A stretch of 64,000 nt of DNA, taken from assembly GCA_963594675.1 (NCBI GenBank), contig CAVBGA010000187.1, positions 19 through 64,018 on the forward strand, written 5' to 3'. Numbering within the stretch: position 1 is the stretch's first letter; every line of letters begins with the position of its first letter. The DNA comes from Lachnospiraceae bacterium. GTDB lineage: Bacteria > Bacillota > Clostridia > Lachnospirales > Lachnospiraceae. Position numbers and translations under genes: made by a program. The notes below the pieces were generated by a model. That model did not search any database, was not told the origin of the DNA, and was given only the letters and a program-made list of their open reading frames with translations. This document shows positions 1 through 9,084 of this stretch, one piece after another.

Positions 1-43
1 TAGTATCAAACTTTAGCATTAACTGGAAGGAGAAATTTTTAAA

Positions 44-1579
44 ATGAAACTCATTATTCTCATTATTTATTTTATGATAATGATCGGAATCGGCTTGCAT
101 TGCCGAAAACATGCAACAGATGTTAATGGATTTGTTCTGGGAGGGCGTTCCGTAGGCCCATGGTTGACCGCTTTTGCCTTTGGAACCTCCTATTTTTCAG
201 CAGTTGTTTTTGTAGGTTATGCCGGCCAGTTTGGATGGAAATATGGCATCGCCGCCACTTGGGCAGGCATTGGTAATGCTATTATCGGCTCACTTCTGGC
301 CTGGGTGGTTCTGGGAAGAAGAACCCGTATTATGAGCCAGCATCTGAATTCCGCCACCATGCCTCAGTTTTTCGGGAAGAGATTTGACAGTGACAAGTTA
401 AAGATTGGTGCTTCAGTTATTGTCTTTATTTTCCTGATTCCCTATACGGCATCCTTGTATAATGGGCTTTCCCGCCTTTTTGGAATGGCTTTTAATATAG
501 ATTATTCCTGGTGTATTTTGATCATGTCTGTCTTAACGGCTATCTATGTAATTGCCGGCGGCTATATGGCAACAGCGATTAATGATTTTATTCAGGGAAT
601 TATCATGCTTTTTGGAATCACGGCGATTATTGCAGCGGTTCTTTTAAGTAAGGGGGGCTTTATGGAGGCTCTGGACGGACTGGCTAGAGTTACGGATGAA
701 ACGGTATCCACTACACCGGGTGTATTTGCTTCCATGTTTGGTCCGGATCCCTTGAATCTGCTTTTTGTGGTAATTTTGACTTCTCTGGGCACCTGGGGAT
801 TGCCCCAGATGGTAACTAAGTTTTATGCCATTACGGATGAACATGCGGTAAAGAAGGGCACTATTATTTCAACCTTGTTTGCCCTGGTGGTATCTGGCGG
901 TTGTTATTTTCTGGGAGGATTTGGTCGACTTTTTTCAGATCAGATTGATGTGGAGGCCAATGGATTTGACTCTATCATCCCTACCATGTTATCCAATCTG
1001 TCCCCACTTTTGATCGCTTTGACAGTTATCTTGGTATTGTCTGCTTCCATGTCCACCCTGTCTTCCTTAGTGTTGACATCTTCCTCTACTCTGACCATAG
1101 ATCTTTTGAAAGGTCATATAGTAAAGGATATGGATGAGAAGAAGCAGCTTTTGATCATTCGTATTTTCGTGGTGGTATTTATTGCGATTTCCGCAATTCT
1201 TGCCCTGGTACAATATAAGAGTGCTATCACCTTCATTGCCCAGATGATGGGCGTATCCTGGGGGGCACTGGCTGGATCTTTCCTGGCACCTTTTATGTAT
1301 TCCCTTTATGGAAAATGGGTGTCCAAGGCTTCCTGCTGGGTATGCTTTATTTTTAGTTCCGTTATTATGGTGGTAAATATTTTCTGCAGAGATTCTTTCC
1401 CTGCTATCATCCAGTCTCCTATTAATCTGGGGGCCGTAACCATGCTTCTTGGCTTTATTATTGTGCCGGTAGTATCGGCATTTACGCCAAAGCCGGATAA
1501 GAAGCTTGTTGATGGATGCTTTGAGTGCTACAATAGGAAAATGGTCGTTGACCAAAAAACAGCACTTGGAGACAAATAA
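44..1579 (+). CDS. sodium:solute symporter (SSF) family transporter
   Basis: 511-aa ORF with many hydrophobic segments. The N-terminal region GGRSVGPWLTAFAFGTSYFSA is typical of SSF (PutP/PanF-like) carriers. Confidence 0.85.
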   Translation: MKLIILIIYFMIMIGIGLHCRKHATDVNGFVLGGRSVGPWLTAFAFGTSYFSAVVFVGYAGQFGWKYGIAATWAGIGNAIIGSLLAWVVLGRRTRIMSQHLNSATMPQFFGKRFDSDKLKIGASVIVFIFLIPYTASLYNGLSRLFGMAFNIDYSWCILIMSVLTAIYVIAGGYMATAINDFIQGIIMLFGITAIIAAVLLSKGGFMEALDGLARVTDETVSTTPGVFASMFGPDPLNLLFVVILTSLGTWGLPQMVTKFYAITDEHAVKKGTIISTLFALVVSGGCYFLGGFGRLFSDQIDVEANGFDSIIPTMLSNLSPLLIALTVILVLSASMSTLSSLVLTSSSTLTIDLLKGHIVKDMDEKKQLLIIRIFVVVFIAISAILALVQYKSAITFIAQMMGVSWGALAGSFLAPFMYSLYGKWVSKASCWVCFIFSSVIMVVNIFCRDSFPAIIQSPINLGAVTMLLGFIIVPVVSAFTPKPDKKLVDGCFECYNRKMVVDQKTALGDK

Positions 1580-1582
1580 GAA

Positions 1583-2443
1583 ATGATCATAGATTTCCAC
1601 ACACATACATTTCCAGAAAAAATTGCGGCTAAAGCTTTAGGAAAGCTGGCCGGTTTGGGAGATACGACACCATTTACTAATGGTATGCTTCCAGGCCTTC
1701 AATCCAGTATGAAAGACAACGGTGTAGACCTAGCAGTCCTTATGCCAGTGGCAACAGCTCCGAAGCAGCATGAAACCATCAATAGAGTCGCCATTGCCAC
1801 TAATGAAAAATGGCAGGAGACAGGAATCATGTCCTTCGGTGGTATTCACCCGGAAAATGACAATTATAAGGAAATAATCAACAATCTGGCAAATCATGGA
1901 ATTAAGGGAATTAAATTACACCCGGTTTTCCAGAATATAGACATTGATGATGAGAAATTTTTGAGAATTATATCCTATGCCTGCGAAAAAGGCCTTTATG
2001 TAATGACACATGCCGGCTATGACATTAGTTATCCCGGCATTACCCATGCGTCAGTAAAGAAAATAAAACATATGTTGGATCAGGTAGCTCCTGACAAGAT
2101 GATCTTGGCTCATATGGGAGGCTGGTCAGAATGGGATGAGGTAGAAGAACTGCTGACAGAATATCCTATTTGGATGGACACAGCTACTTGTCTCACCACC
2201 ATTGTTCACAGAGAAAAGGATTTAAGTAAACGCAAATTTAGCCCGGAAGAGGAACAGATGGAAAATGATAGATTCCTTCGTATTGTTCACAAGCTGGGGG
2301 CGGAACGGTTTCTGATGGGCAGTGACAGCCCTTGGACCCCCCAGGGGGAATCTATTGCCGTAATCCGAGACAATGATGGACTTACAGATAAGGAAAAAGA
2401 GATGATTTTGGGTGGAAATGCAAAATCGATACTGGGTTTGTGA
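1583..2443 (+). CDS. amidohydrolase-2 family metal-dependent (TIM-barrel) hydrolase
   Basis: 286-aa ORF starting MIIDFHTHTFPEKI (HxH metal motif). It starts 4 nt after the symporter stop, so the two are probably co-transcribed. Confidence 0.7.
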   Translation: MIIDFHTHTFPEKIAAKALGKLAGLGDTTPFTNGMLPGLQSSMKDNGVDLAVLMPVATAPKQHETINRVAIATNEKWQETGIMSFGGIHPENDNYKEIINNLANHGIKGIKLHPVFQNIDIDDEKFLRIISYACEKGLYVMTHAGYDISYPGITHASVKKIKHMLDQVAPDKMILAHMGGWSEWDEVEELLTEYPIWMDTATCLTTIVHREKDLSKRKFSPEEEQMENDRFLRIVHKLGAERFLMGSDSPWTPQGESIAVIRDNDGLTDKEKEMILGGNAKSILGL

Positions 2444-2466
2444 TCCAGTCATGATCAATGACGTTC

Positions 2467-2634
2467 AATGAGACACCTCTCTAAAAGCCCGCTATGTTTC
2501 TTGCGTCTTGCAGGCGCCTATTTGCAAGAACAAGCATCGATTCGCTGCTGCGCAGCTCAGATACTTATTCTTGCAGCTAGCCTGCTGCGCCTTAAGAAAC
2601 ATGACGCAATAGGCTTTTAGAGAGGTGTCTCATT
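2467..2634. repeat. 168-bp imperfect palindrome (long hairpin)
   Basis: Outer arms AATGAGACACCTCTCTAAAAGCC / GGCTTTTAGAGAGGTGTCTCATT form a perfect 23-bp inverted repeat. Inner paired blocks are ATGTTTCTT/AAGAAACAT, GCAGGC/GCCTGC and TTGCAAGAA/TTCTTGCA. The apex hairpin is GCTGC-TGC-GCAGC. Confidence 0.85.
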
Positions 2635-3139
2635 TACATTATTCGCAACCGAAAGATAATAGTGTCCATTCTAGACAAATATCTCTGTTAGAACAGAAGA
2701 CGGAAGGATCTTAATTCTTGTAAAAAACGTTATGGCAAGGAAACTTCTGCCTGTTTCTAGATTCGGATTCTGAGGCATATATCCAGTTACTACGAAGTGG
2801 CGGCCGGAGTTATAAATAATATATTAGTTGTTTAAATGGTTCTCTGAACCCTTTTTTGATTGCAATATTGTAGCAGTTCTTTTTCATGCCATCAAGGGCA
2901 TGGCCGCTTTGCGGTGGCTGGGATAATACCTCTGGCTCTGAATCTTAGAACAGTTAGCGGCTTCGCCGCATTATTAAATTGAGGACAAGTATAGTCAATA
3001 TTAATTTTGAATGTTATAGAGAGTCTTTGTTTTGTGAGTGGAGCTTTATAGCTAGATATAACAAATAAACTTAACACGTTAAGTAAAAGAAATGCTAAGA
3101 AATTTTTTTGAAAATGTAAAAATGAGAAGGGGAACAGGG

Positions 3140-3172
3140 GGCAAGGTCGAGGGAGACTCCCTCGACCTTGCC
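3140..3172. repeat. perfect 15-bp GC-rich inverted repeat with a 3-nt loop
   Basis: GGCAAGGTCGAGGGA-GAC-TCCCTCGACCTTGCC. There is no adjacent T-run on either strand, so it is not a canonical terminator. It lies about 70 nt past the acyl-CoA synthetase stop. Confidence 0.8.
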
Positions 3173-3242
3173 TCCGTTCGGTTCGACATACAATGCTTAC
3201 AAGTCTGAATTCATTCGGTTCGAAATGCAATATCCTAAAAAT

Positions 3243-4886
3243 TTATTTCTTCGGCACTTCATTCTCAGATGCCACAAGATTCTCAGCTCCATGTCTCTTT
3301 CTAAGAACCGGTTTTTCAATCTTTCCGGTAGCATTTCTTGGAATTTCCTCAAAGAAGATAACCTTAGGTCTCTTATAGCGGGCCAATTTATTACAGAATT
3401 CGTTGATTTCCTCTTCTGAACATGTCATGCCGTCTTTGACTTCGATAATAGCTGCAGTTTTCTCACCTAAACGGGGATCGGGAACACCGATGACAGCTAC
3501 ATCTTTGATTTTATCGTACTGGCGCAGGAAATCTTCGATCTGTACAGGATAAATATTTTCGCCACCGGAGATGATGACATCTTTTTTACGGTCTACGAGA
3601 TAATAAAAACCGTCTTCGTCTTGCATAGCCATATCACCGGTGAAAAGCCAACCATCCTTGAGGGTTTCCGCAGTGGCTTCCTCATTATTATAATAGCAGG
3701 TCATGACACCGGGACCTTTGACACAAAGTTCACCTACTTCGCCTTGTTTTACTTCCTGGTCATGTTCGTCTACAATCTTACATTCCCAGCGATATCCAGG
3801 TACACCGATGGCGCCTACCTTATGAATGTTCTCTACACCTAAATGCACGCAGCCTGGTCCGGTGGATTCCGACAGACCGTAGTTGGTGTCATATTGATGG
3901 TTGGGGAAATATTCTTTCCAGTGTTTGATTAATGAAGGGGGAACCGGCTGGGCTCCTACATGCATAAGTCTCCACTGGGAAAGATGGTAATCTTCAGGAT
4001 GTAAATCGCCTCTGTCAAAGCTGTCCAGAATATCCTGTACCCAGGGTACCAGAAGCCAGACAATGGTACATCTCTCATTGGATACGGCTTCCAGAATTTC
4101 TTTTGGCTTTGTTCCTTTAAGAAGAACTGCTTTACTTCCAGCAATTAGGGAGCCCATCCAGTGGAATTTGGCTCCGGTATGATAAAGAGGCGGAATACAG
4201 AGGAAATTGTCCTCGCGGCTGGTTCCATGGTGCATTTGTTCCATCTCAGCTGCCTGAATCAGGCTGCGATGTTTATGCAGGATTGCCTTAGGAAATCCTG
4301 TAGTTCCTGATGAGAAATAGATGGCTCCAAAATCATCTTCCGTAAGGTCGATATTTGGGGATTCTGAGGAACAATCAGCAACCAATTCCCGATAGCTTTC
4401 TGCCCAGTTGGGGACATAATCGCCTACAAAGATCAGGAGACGTCCTTTGGAAAGTTCATCAGCGATGGGCTCCATACGTCCAATAAATTCCGGACCGAAG
4501 ACGATAACATCGATTTCAGCCAGATTGACACAGTAAAGAATTTCATCGGAGTCATAGCGGAAATTAAAGGGTACTGCAATGGCACCGGATTTTAGGATTC
4601 CCATATAGATAGGAAGCCATTCCAAACAGTTATACATGATAATGGCTACTTTATCGCCTTTTTTTACGCCGCGGCTTAAGAGCATATTAGCCATGCGGTT
4701 GGCTTTTTCGTCAAATACACCCCAGGTAATTTCACGACGATAGGGCTGAAAACGGTTGGACTCGATCAGTCCGTAGTCCTTCCATGTAATTCTTCTTGTG
4801 TCTGATTCCTGTGGATTTAGTTCTACCAGAGCTATTTCATTTTTATACTTGCTGGCATTTCTTTCCAAGTATTCGGTTACAACCAT
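3243..4886 (-). CDS. AMP-dependent acyl-CoA synthetase/ligase
   Basis: 547 aa. AMP-binding motif YFSSGTTGFPKA, plus GDMAMQDEDGFYYLVDRKKDVIISGGENIYP and a C-terminal lysine region (ATGKIEK). Confidence 0.9.
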   Translation of the reverse strand: MVVTEYLERNASKYKNEIALVELNPQESDTRRITWKDYGLIESNRFQPYRREITWGVFDEKANRMANMLLSRGVKKGDKVAIIMYNCLEWLPIYMGILKSGAIAVPFNFRYDSDEILYCVNLAEIDVIVFGPEFIGRMEPIADELSKGRLLIFVGDYVPNWAESYRELVADCSSESPNIDLTEDDFGAIYFSSGTTGFPKAILHKHRSLIQAAEMEQMHHGTSREDNFLCIPPLYHTGAKFHWMGSLIAGSKAVLLKGTKPKEILEAVSNERCTIVWLLVPWVQDILDSFDRGDLHPEDYHLSQWRLMHVGAQPVPPSLIKHWKEYFPNHQYDTNYGLSESTGPGCVHLGVENIHKVGAIGVPGYRWECKIVDEHDQEVKQGEVGELCVKGPGVMTCYYNNEEATAETLKDGWLFTGDMAMQDEDGFYYLVDRKKDVIISGGENIYPVQIEDFLRQYDKIKDVAVIGVPDPRLGEKTAAIIEVKDGMTCSEEEINEFCNKLARYKRPKVIFFEEIPRNATGKIEKPVLRKRHGAENLVASENEVPKK

Positions 4887-5208
4887 TCTCCCAATCTCCT
4901 TACATATTTCTTATAGATCGCTTTATGTTTACATAATGTTAAATGCATTTGCAAGTTACTATAACACAAATTATATATTCAAAGTGCTTTCATTTAGTAA
5001 ACTAATAAATTACTAACGCGCATTAACGCGTTAAAGTACTACACTATATTAGCTTACCACAGGATTGTCAGTGACGCAAGTGAGAATTTCGTATATAATG
5101 AAGCCATATGATATTGCGGTTTATTATTCATGGATATAAGTTATGTCGAAGCTTATGAGCCATAGCTAGTACATGAGTAAATTTATAGAACAGTAGGAGA
5201 ATTCAACT

Positions 5209-6186
5209 ATGCAGCAATCGATTTATGGGAAAATCTGCTCCCGTTTACATGATGGAATATTGCCGGAGGATTTTTATATTGAAAATCCTAGAGATCAGGG
5301 AAGTCATCATCTTCCAGGGGCTTTGGACGGCTTATCCGTTTATCTTATGGGGTTTTCTCATCCGGATGCTTCCGGCCAAAAACTCATTGCAAGAGCTGTG
5401 GCAAAAGCATCGGAAGGTGATGTGGATCAGGTGATCGCATATTTACAGGAACTTTGCAAAAAATATCGTGCAGTGGATGCAGTGGACGAGTTGCAAAATT
5501 ACATTAGAAATCATGTTCGAAAGTTGAATATGAGAAATATCTATCACTCTGCTGTATACATACTTTTAAACTCCAGAGAAATTGAAGTTGTGAAGCTGGG
5601 TATGGAAATTCTGGAAATTTTTGTGGAAGTGGACGATCATAGTAAGGAGACTCTTCGGAGACTGGCTCTTTATGAAGAGTTTACCCTGCCTGCGGTTTGG
5701 AATATGAGAAAATGGGAAAATGCAAATGAAGAATTATTTGCCTTAGCGAAAAAAGTCCGAGGTTGGGGACGGATTCATGTCCTGGAATATCTGGATGCAA
5801 ATTGTGGTGAGATAAAAGATTGGCTGGTCACAGAGGGGGGCAATAATCTGGTAGATCGCAATTATACGGCTATGATTTGCTGGCAGCAGGGAGAGATTGA
5901 AGATCGGTTGAAAGGAAAAATTTCCCGAGAGGAATATAAGGGAATTTCCTATATAATAGAAGGATTGCTGAAGGATGAGCCAGCACCGGGGATTTCTGCC
6001 CTGCAAATAGACTATCCAGAATTAAGTTTGCGGCGATATTTACGGCAGTCAGAAGATTTTTCGCTGACAGAAGAAGAGTATGATGTGATTCTTTCTATTA
6101 AAAAGTGGGCAGAAAGCCAGGAAACCCCTTCGCTTTCATTGATCGAGGATTGCGACAGGATTTTAGCTGCTAGGGAGGTAGAATGA
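5209..6186 (+). CDS. hypothetical protein (predicted all-helical; no family recognised)
   Basis: 325-aa ORF with RBS AGGAGA upstream. Its stop overlaps the next start (ATGA at 6183-6186). Confidence 0.6.
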   Translation: MQQSIYGKICSRLHDGILPEDFYIENPRDQGSHHLPGALDGLSVYLMGFSHPDASGQKLIARAVAKASEGDVDQVIAYLQELCKKYRAVDAVDELQNYIRNHVRKLNMRNIYHSAVYILLNSREIEVVKLGMEILEIFVEVDDHSKETLRRLALYEEFTLPAVWNMRKWENANEELFALAKKVRGWGRIHVLEYLDANCGEIKDWLVTEGGNNLVDRNYTAMICWQQGEIEDRLKGKISREEYKGISYIIEGLLKDEPAPGISALQIDYPELSLRRYLRQSEDFSLTEEEYDVILSIKKWAESQETPSLSLIEDCDRILAAREVE

Positions 6187-7775
6187 TGAAGGATATGATG
6201 CCGCTGGCTCAGATTGCTTTGACTTCGGAGCAGATGAGAGAATTGGCTCGATATGAATTTACTTTTAAGGATATTATTGCGGCCAATGAATATGGTGATG
6301 GAGAAGTGGTATTTCCAGAGCCTTATACGTTTCAGCTGGAGGATTTGCTTTACACCCTGCAGAATCTGCAGAGGGCCAATCCTACAGTTTATGATTTCGG
6401 GGAATATTGGTATTGTCCCATTGACAGTTCCAGGGAGGATTTTGACTTGGATACTGCCATGGGTTATGGGGAAAATGTGGAAAACACCCAGGATACAAAG
6501 GAACTTTGTGGATATCCCTTTACCGACAGCATGATGTTTAATGAAATTTGGGATCAGTTGGAAGCAGCCTGGAGAGATCATGAAGATGAGGAGCTGATGG
6601 GAGATATTCTGGATCTGGATGCCATGATCTATGCTCTTCGGATTCATTTTGAAAATAAGAAAAATTCTGTAGATAAGTGGGTTTTTACATCGGATATGAA
6701 AGCTCGCTACATCCGTAGATTTGAGGAGAGTAGTGAACTTGAGATGGCTAGGGATGATGAAATCAGCATGGCCAGAAAGTTCACAGAGGAATTGTGCAAG
6801 GAAGAGAATCTTTTTGCTCTTTATCTTAAGGGCTATGCCTGCTATGGGGGCAATCGTCTCTATGAATGCGATTGGGAGGCTTCCCGAGATTGTATTAGCA
6901 AGCTTTATGAAAAAACAGAAGATGCCCAGTATGCAAATACGCTAGGTTACATCTATTATTATGGACGTTGCAATGGAGGACAGCCGGAATATGAGAAGGC
7001 TTTGCCCTGTTTTGAACTGGCAGCAGCCGGAGGTTTTTATGAAGGATTGTATAAGCTGGCAGATATGTATTGCCATGGCTATGGCTGCAGACAAAGCAAA
7101 AAGGCAGCAGGCAGTTTATATCGCATGGTATATGAGGATTGCATGAAGCAATTTCTGGAAGGCAGGAATTCCAATTTTGCTGATGCAGCCCTTCGTATGG
7201 GTAATGTTTTTGCGGAAGGAATTGGTGTGGAAGTGGATCCAACCCAGGCCTATTACTACTATCTGCAGGCAAGCTATGCGGCTGAGTTAAGGGCCAAAGA
7301 TTCGAATTTCTTTGGAAATAAAAAGGTGCTTGAAAATTGTCGAAAGGCCTTGGCAAAAACCAGAGAAAAATTAGAAGAGGGCTATCTCAAAGAGGAAGCT
7401 TTACAGACGGATTTCTTCTATCTGCGTCTGTTGGCGTCGGAGAATTATCCATGCGAGATAAATTTTGAAAAGCAGGGGGATTCTTTACTTATCACGGCAA
7501 GTCGTATGCCAACTCGGTCTGTGCCAAAGCCTAAGCTACTTTTCGTAACATTCCCAGAAATTAGCTATTGCAGCAGGACAGATAAGATAACTTTTCGCTT
7601 ATCAAAAGATTGCCAGGTAAGTGTAAAAGACCATTTTGTTTTTGATGCTTGTGAATGGAATCATTTGGAACAGCGGTATGATTTCTATAAGAATTACGAA
7701 ATAGTGAATTGGATTAGAAGCGAAAGCTATGAATTCGTAGAGTCAGAAAATCGAATCGATGATAAAGAAAGATAG
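6183..7775 (+). CDS. Sel1-like repeat (SLR/TPR-type) protein
   Basis: 530 aa. It carries at least three SLR-like units (LGYIYYYGRCNGGQPEYEKALPCFELAAAGG; GLYKLADMYCHGYGCRQSKKAAGSLY; ALRMGNVFAEGIGVEVDPTQAYYYYLQAS). It is translationally coupled to the upstream ORF. Confidence 0.75.
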   Translation: MMKDMMPLAQIALTSEQMRELARYEFTFKDIIAANEYGDGEVVFPEPYTFQLEDLLYTLQNLQRANPTVYDFGEYWYCPIDSSREDFDLDTAMGYGENVENTQDTKELCGYPFTDSMMFNEIWDQLEAAWRDHEDEELMGDILDLDAMIYALRIHFENKKNSVDKWVFTSDMKARYIRRFEESSELEMARDDEISMARKFTEELCKEENLFALYLKGYACYGGNRLYECDWEASRDCISKLYEKTEDAQYANTLGYIYYYGRCNGGQPEYEKALPCFELAAAGGFYEGLYKLADMYCHGYGCRQSKKAAGSLYRMVYEDCMKQFLEGRNSNFADAALRMGNVFAEGIGVEVDPTQAYYYYLQASYAAELRAKDSNFFGNKKVLENCRKALAKTREKLEEGYLKEEALQTDFFYLRLLASENYPCEINFEKQGDSLLITASRMPTRSVPKPKLLFVTFPEISYCSRTDKITFRLSKDCQVSVKDHFVFDACEWNHLEQRYDFYKNYEIVNWIRSESYEFVESENRIDDKER

Positions 7776-7783
7776 AATAGAAG

Positions 7784-7830
7784 ATGTGTTGTGAGAGCGG
7801 AGCTAGCTCTTGCGACACATTTTTCATTTT
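7784..7830 (+). terminator. intrinsic terminator after the Sel1-repeat gene
   Basis: 15-bp stem ATGTGTTGTGAGAGC / GCTCTTGCGACACAT (includes G-U pairs) followed by TTTTCATTTT. Confidence 0.75.
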
Positions 7831-7838
7831 GGTATAAT
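7830..7838 (+). promoter_or_regulatory. extended -10 promoter element TGGTATAAT
   Basis: Perfect TGnTATAAT immediately after the terminator, about 120 nt upstream of the ATPase start codon. Confidence 0.5.
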
Positions 7839-7945
7839 AAATAAAGATAAACAAGAATAAATAAGAATAAACATATCAAAAATAAATAAATAAGAATAAA
7901 TATAAATAAACATGTATAAACATGTATAAACAAATCAGAACTGCA
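7839..7945 (+). repeat. A-rich low-complexity repetitive leader (AATAAA / ATAAACA units)
   Basis: Reiterated AAGAATAAAT/AAGAATAAAC units and tandem CATGTATAAA CATGTATAAA, ending at RBS AAGGAGGTGG before the ATG at 7960. Confidence 0.6.
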
Positions 7946-7959
7946 AAGGAGGTGGATTT

Positions 7960-9000
7960 ATGAAAAGGGAAAATCCTTTTACTTTAACTTTTGGGCAAAA
8001 GCCAATAGAATTTATCTCTCGTAACGAGCAGATTAGCGGAATCATTCATAGTTTTGATATGGAAATGCCATCTAATAGAGTATATATGATTGCTGGAGTC
8101 AGGGGATCCGGGAAAACCGTGTCCCTTGCAGAAATTACGGAATATTATTCATCTAAGGAAGAATGGCTGGTTTTGCGGTTAAGTTCCGATACAGATTTAA
8201 TTGCTGGTGCAGTTTCGGAACTTCGTCGTATTGCCGGATTGCATCAATGGGATCTTGGTTTGAATATTTCCTTAGGACCAGCAGAATTGGCTTTAGGAAA
8301 AAATCAGAATGCCATAGAAAAAGATGCGGAATTACGCAACTTGCTGGAATTACTTCAGAAGCAGAAAAAGAGGGTTTTGTTTGTTATAGATGAAATCATG
8401 AATAATCCTTATGTTAAAATTTTTGCCAGTTGCTTTCAAATTTACATTACCAATAATTATCCGGTATATCTTGTCATGGCGGGATTGTACGATAATATTC
8501 GAAATCTTCAAAATGAAAAAAGCTTAACTTTTTTGTACCGTGCTCCTAAAATATTTCTGGAGCCATTGAGCATACCAGCTATGACGACCAGTTATCGCAC
8601 TGTGTTCAATTTACCAGCATCAGAGGCGGCAGCTATGGCCAAATTAACAAAAGGCTATCCTTTTGCATTTCAAATTCTAGGTTATTTGAAATGGGAAGAA
8701 GATATACCGATAGAACAATTATTGCCTAAATTCGATGAACAAATGACAGTTTATGTATATGAAAAGTTGTGGAGTGAATTATCGGAGTTGGATCAGAAGG
8801 TGGTTTATGTTATTTCTAATGGTATAACGAAGACAGGGGAAATACGTGAAAAATTATCGATTTCTCCGCAATTGCTTAATACTTATCGAAAACGTTTAAC
8901 AGAACGTGGCTTAGTAAATGGGACGCGACGGGGGGAAATGACACTTGCTCTGCCTCGGTTTGAGGAATACGTACATACATATTGCGATGTGACGATATGA
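7960..9000 (+). CDS. P-loop ATPase (AAA/Arch_ATPase-like) with C-terminal winged-helix domain
   Basis: 346 aa. Walker A GVRGSGKT and Walker B-like VLFVIDEI. The C-terminus (ISNGITKTGEIREKLSISPQLLNTYRKRLTERGLV) looks like an HTH/wHTH. Confidence 0.8.
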   Translation: MKRENPFTLTFGQKPIEFISRNEQISGIIHSFDMEMPSNRVYMIAGVRGSGKTVSLAEITEYYSSKEEWLVLRLSSDTDLIAGAVSELRRIAGLHQWDLGLNISLGPAELALGKNQNAIEKDAELRNLLELLQKQKKRVLFVIDEIMNNPYVKIFASCFQIYITNNYPVYLVMAGLYDNIRNLQNEKSLTFLYRAPKIFLEPLSIPAMTTSYRTVFNLPASEAAAMAKLTKGYPFAFQILGYLKWEEDIPIEQLLPKFDEQMTVYVYEKLWSELSELDQKVVYVISNGITKTGEIREKLSISPQLLNTYRKRLTERGLVNGTRRGEMTLALPRFEEYVHTYCDVTI

Positions 9001-9084
9001 TATTAAGAGCAAAAGGGAAGGACCGCTCTGCCATCTGGCGGATGCGGCCCCTGTATGAAAAAGGAATTGTCGTGTTAGCTATAT

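Noticed and set aside
2468-2620. 50-codon ORF (MRHLSKSPLCFLRL..) inside the 168-bp palindrome, with a 13-codon mirror ORF on the other strand
   Set aside because: Both ORFs start with the same ATGAGACACC arm sequence only because of the inverted repeat. There is no RBS. I consider them artefacts of the symmetry.
2892-3230. 112-aa ORF on the minus strand in the long intergenic region
   Set aside because: It has no RBS, runs through several hairpins and repeats including the 15-bp GC inverted repeat, and has no family resemblance.
7727-7933. 68-aa ORF (MFIHVYTCLFIFILIYLFLICLF..) on the minus strand
   Set aside because: It is the reverse-complement reading of the A-rich repetitive leader. The hydrophobic low-complexity sequence is a by-product of T-rich codons.
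7839-7945. Possible CRISPR array or minisatellite
   Set aside because: The units are short, irregular and lack a repeat-spacer organisation. There are no cas genes. No CRISPR-like array was seen anywhere in the window.
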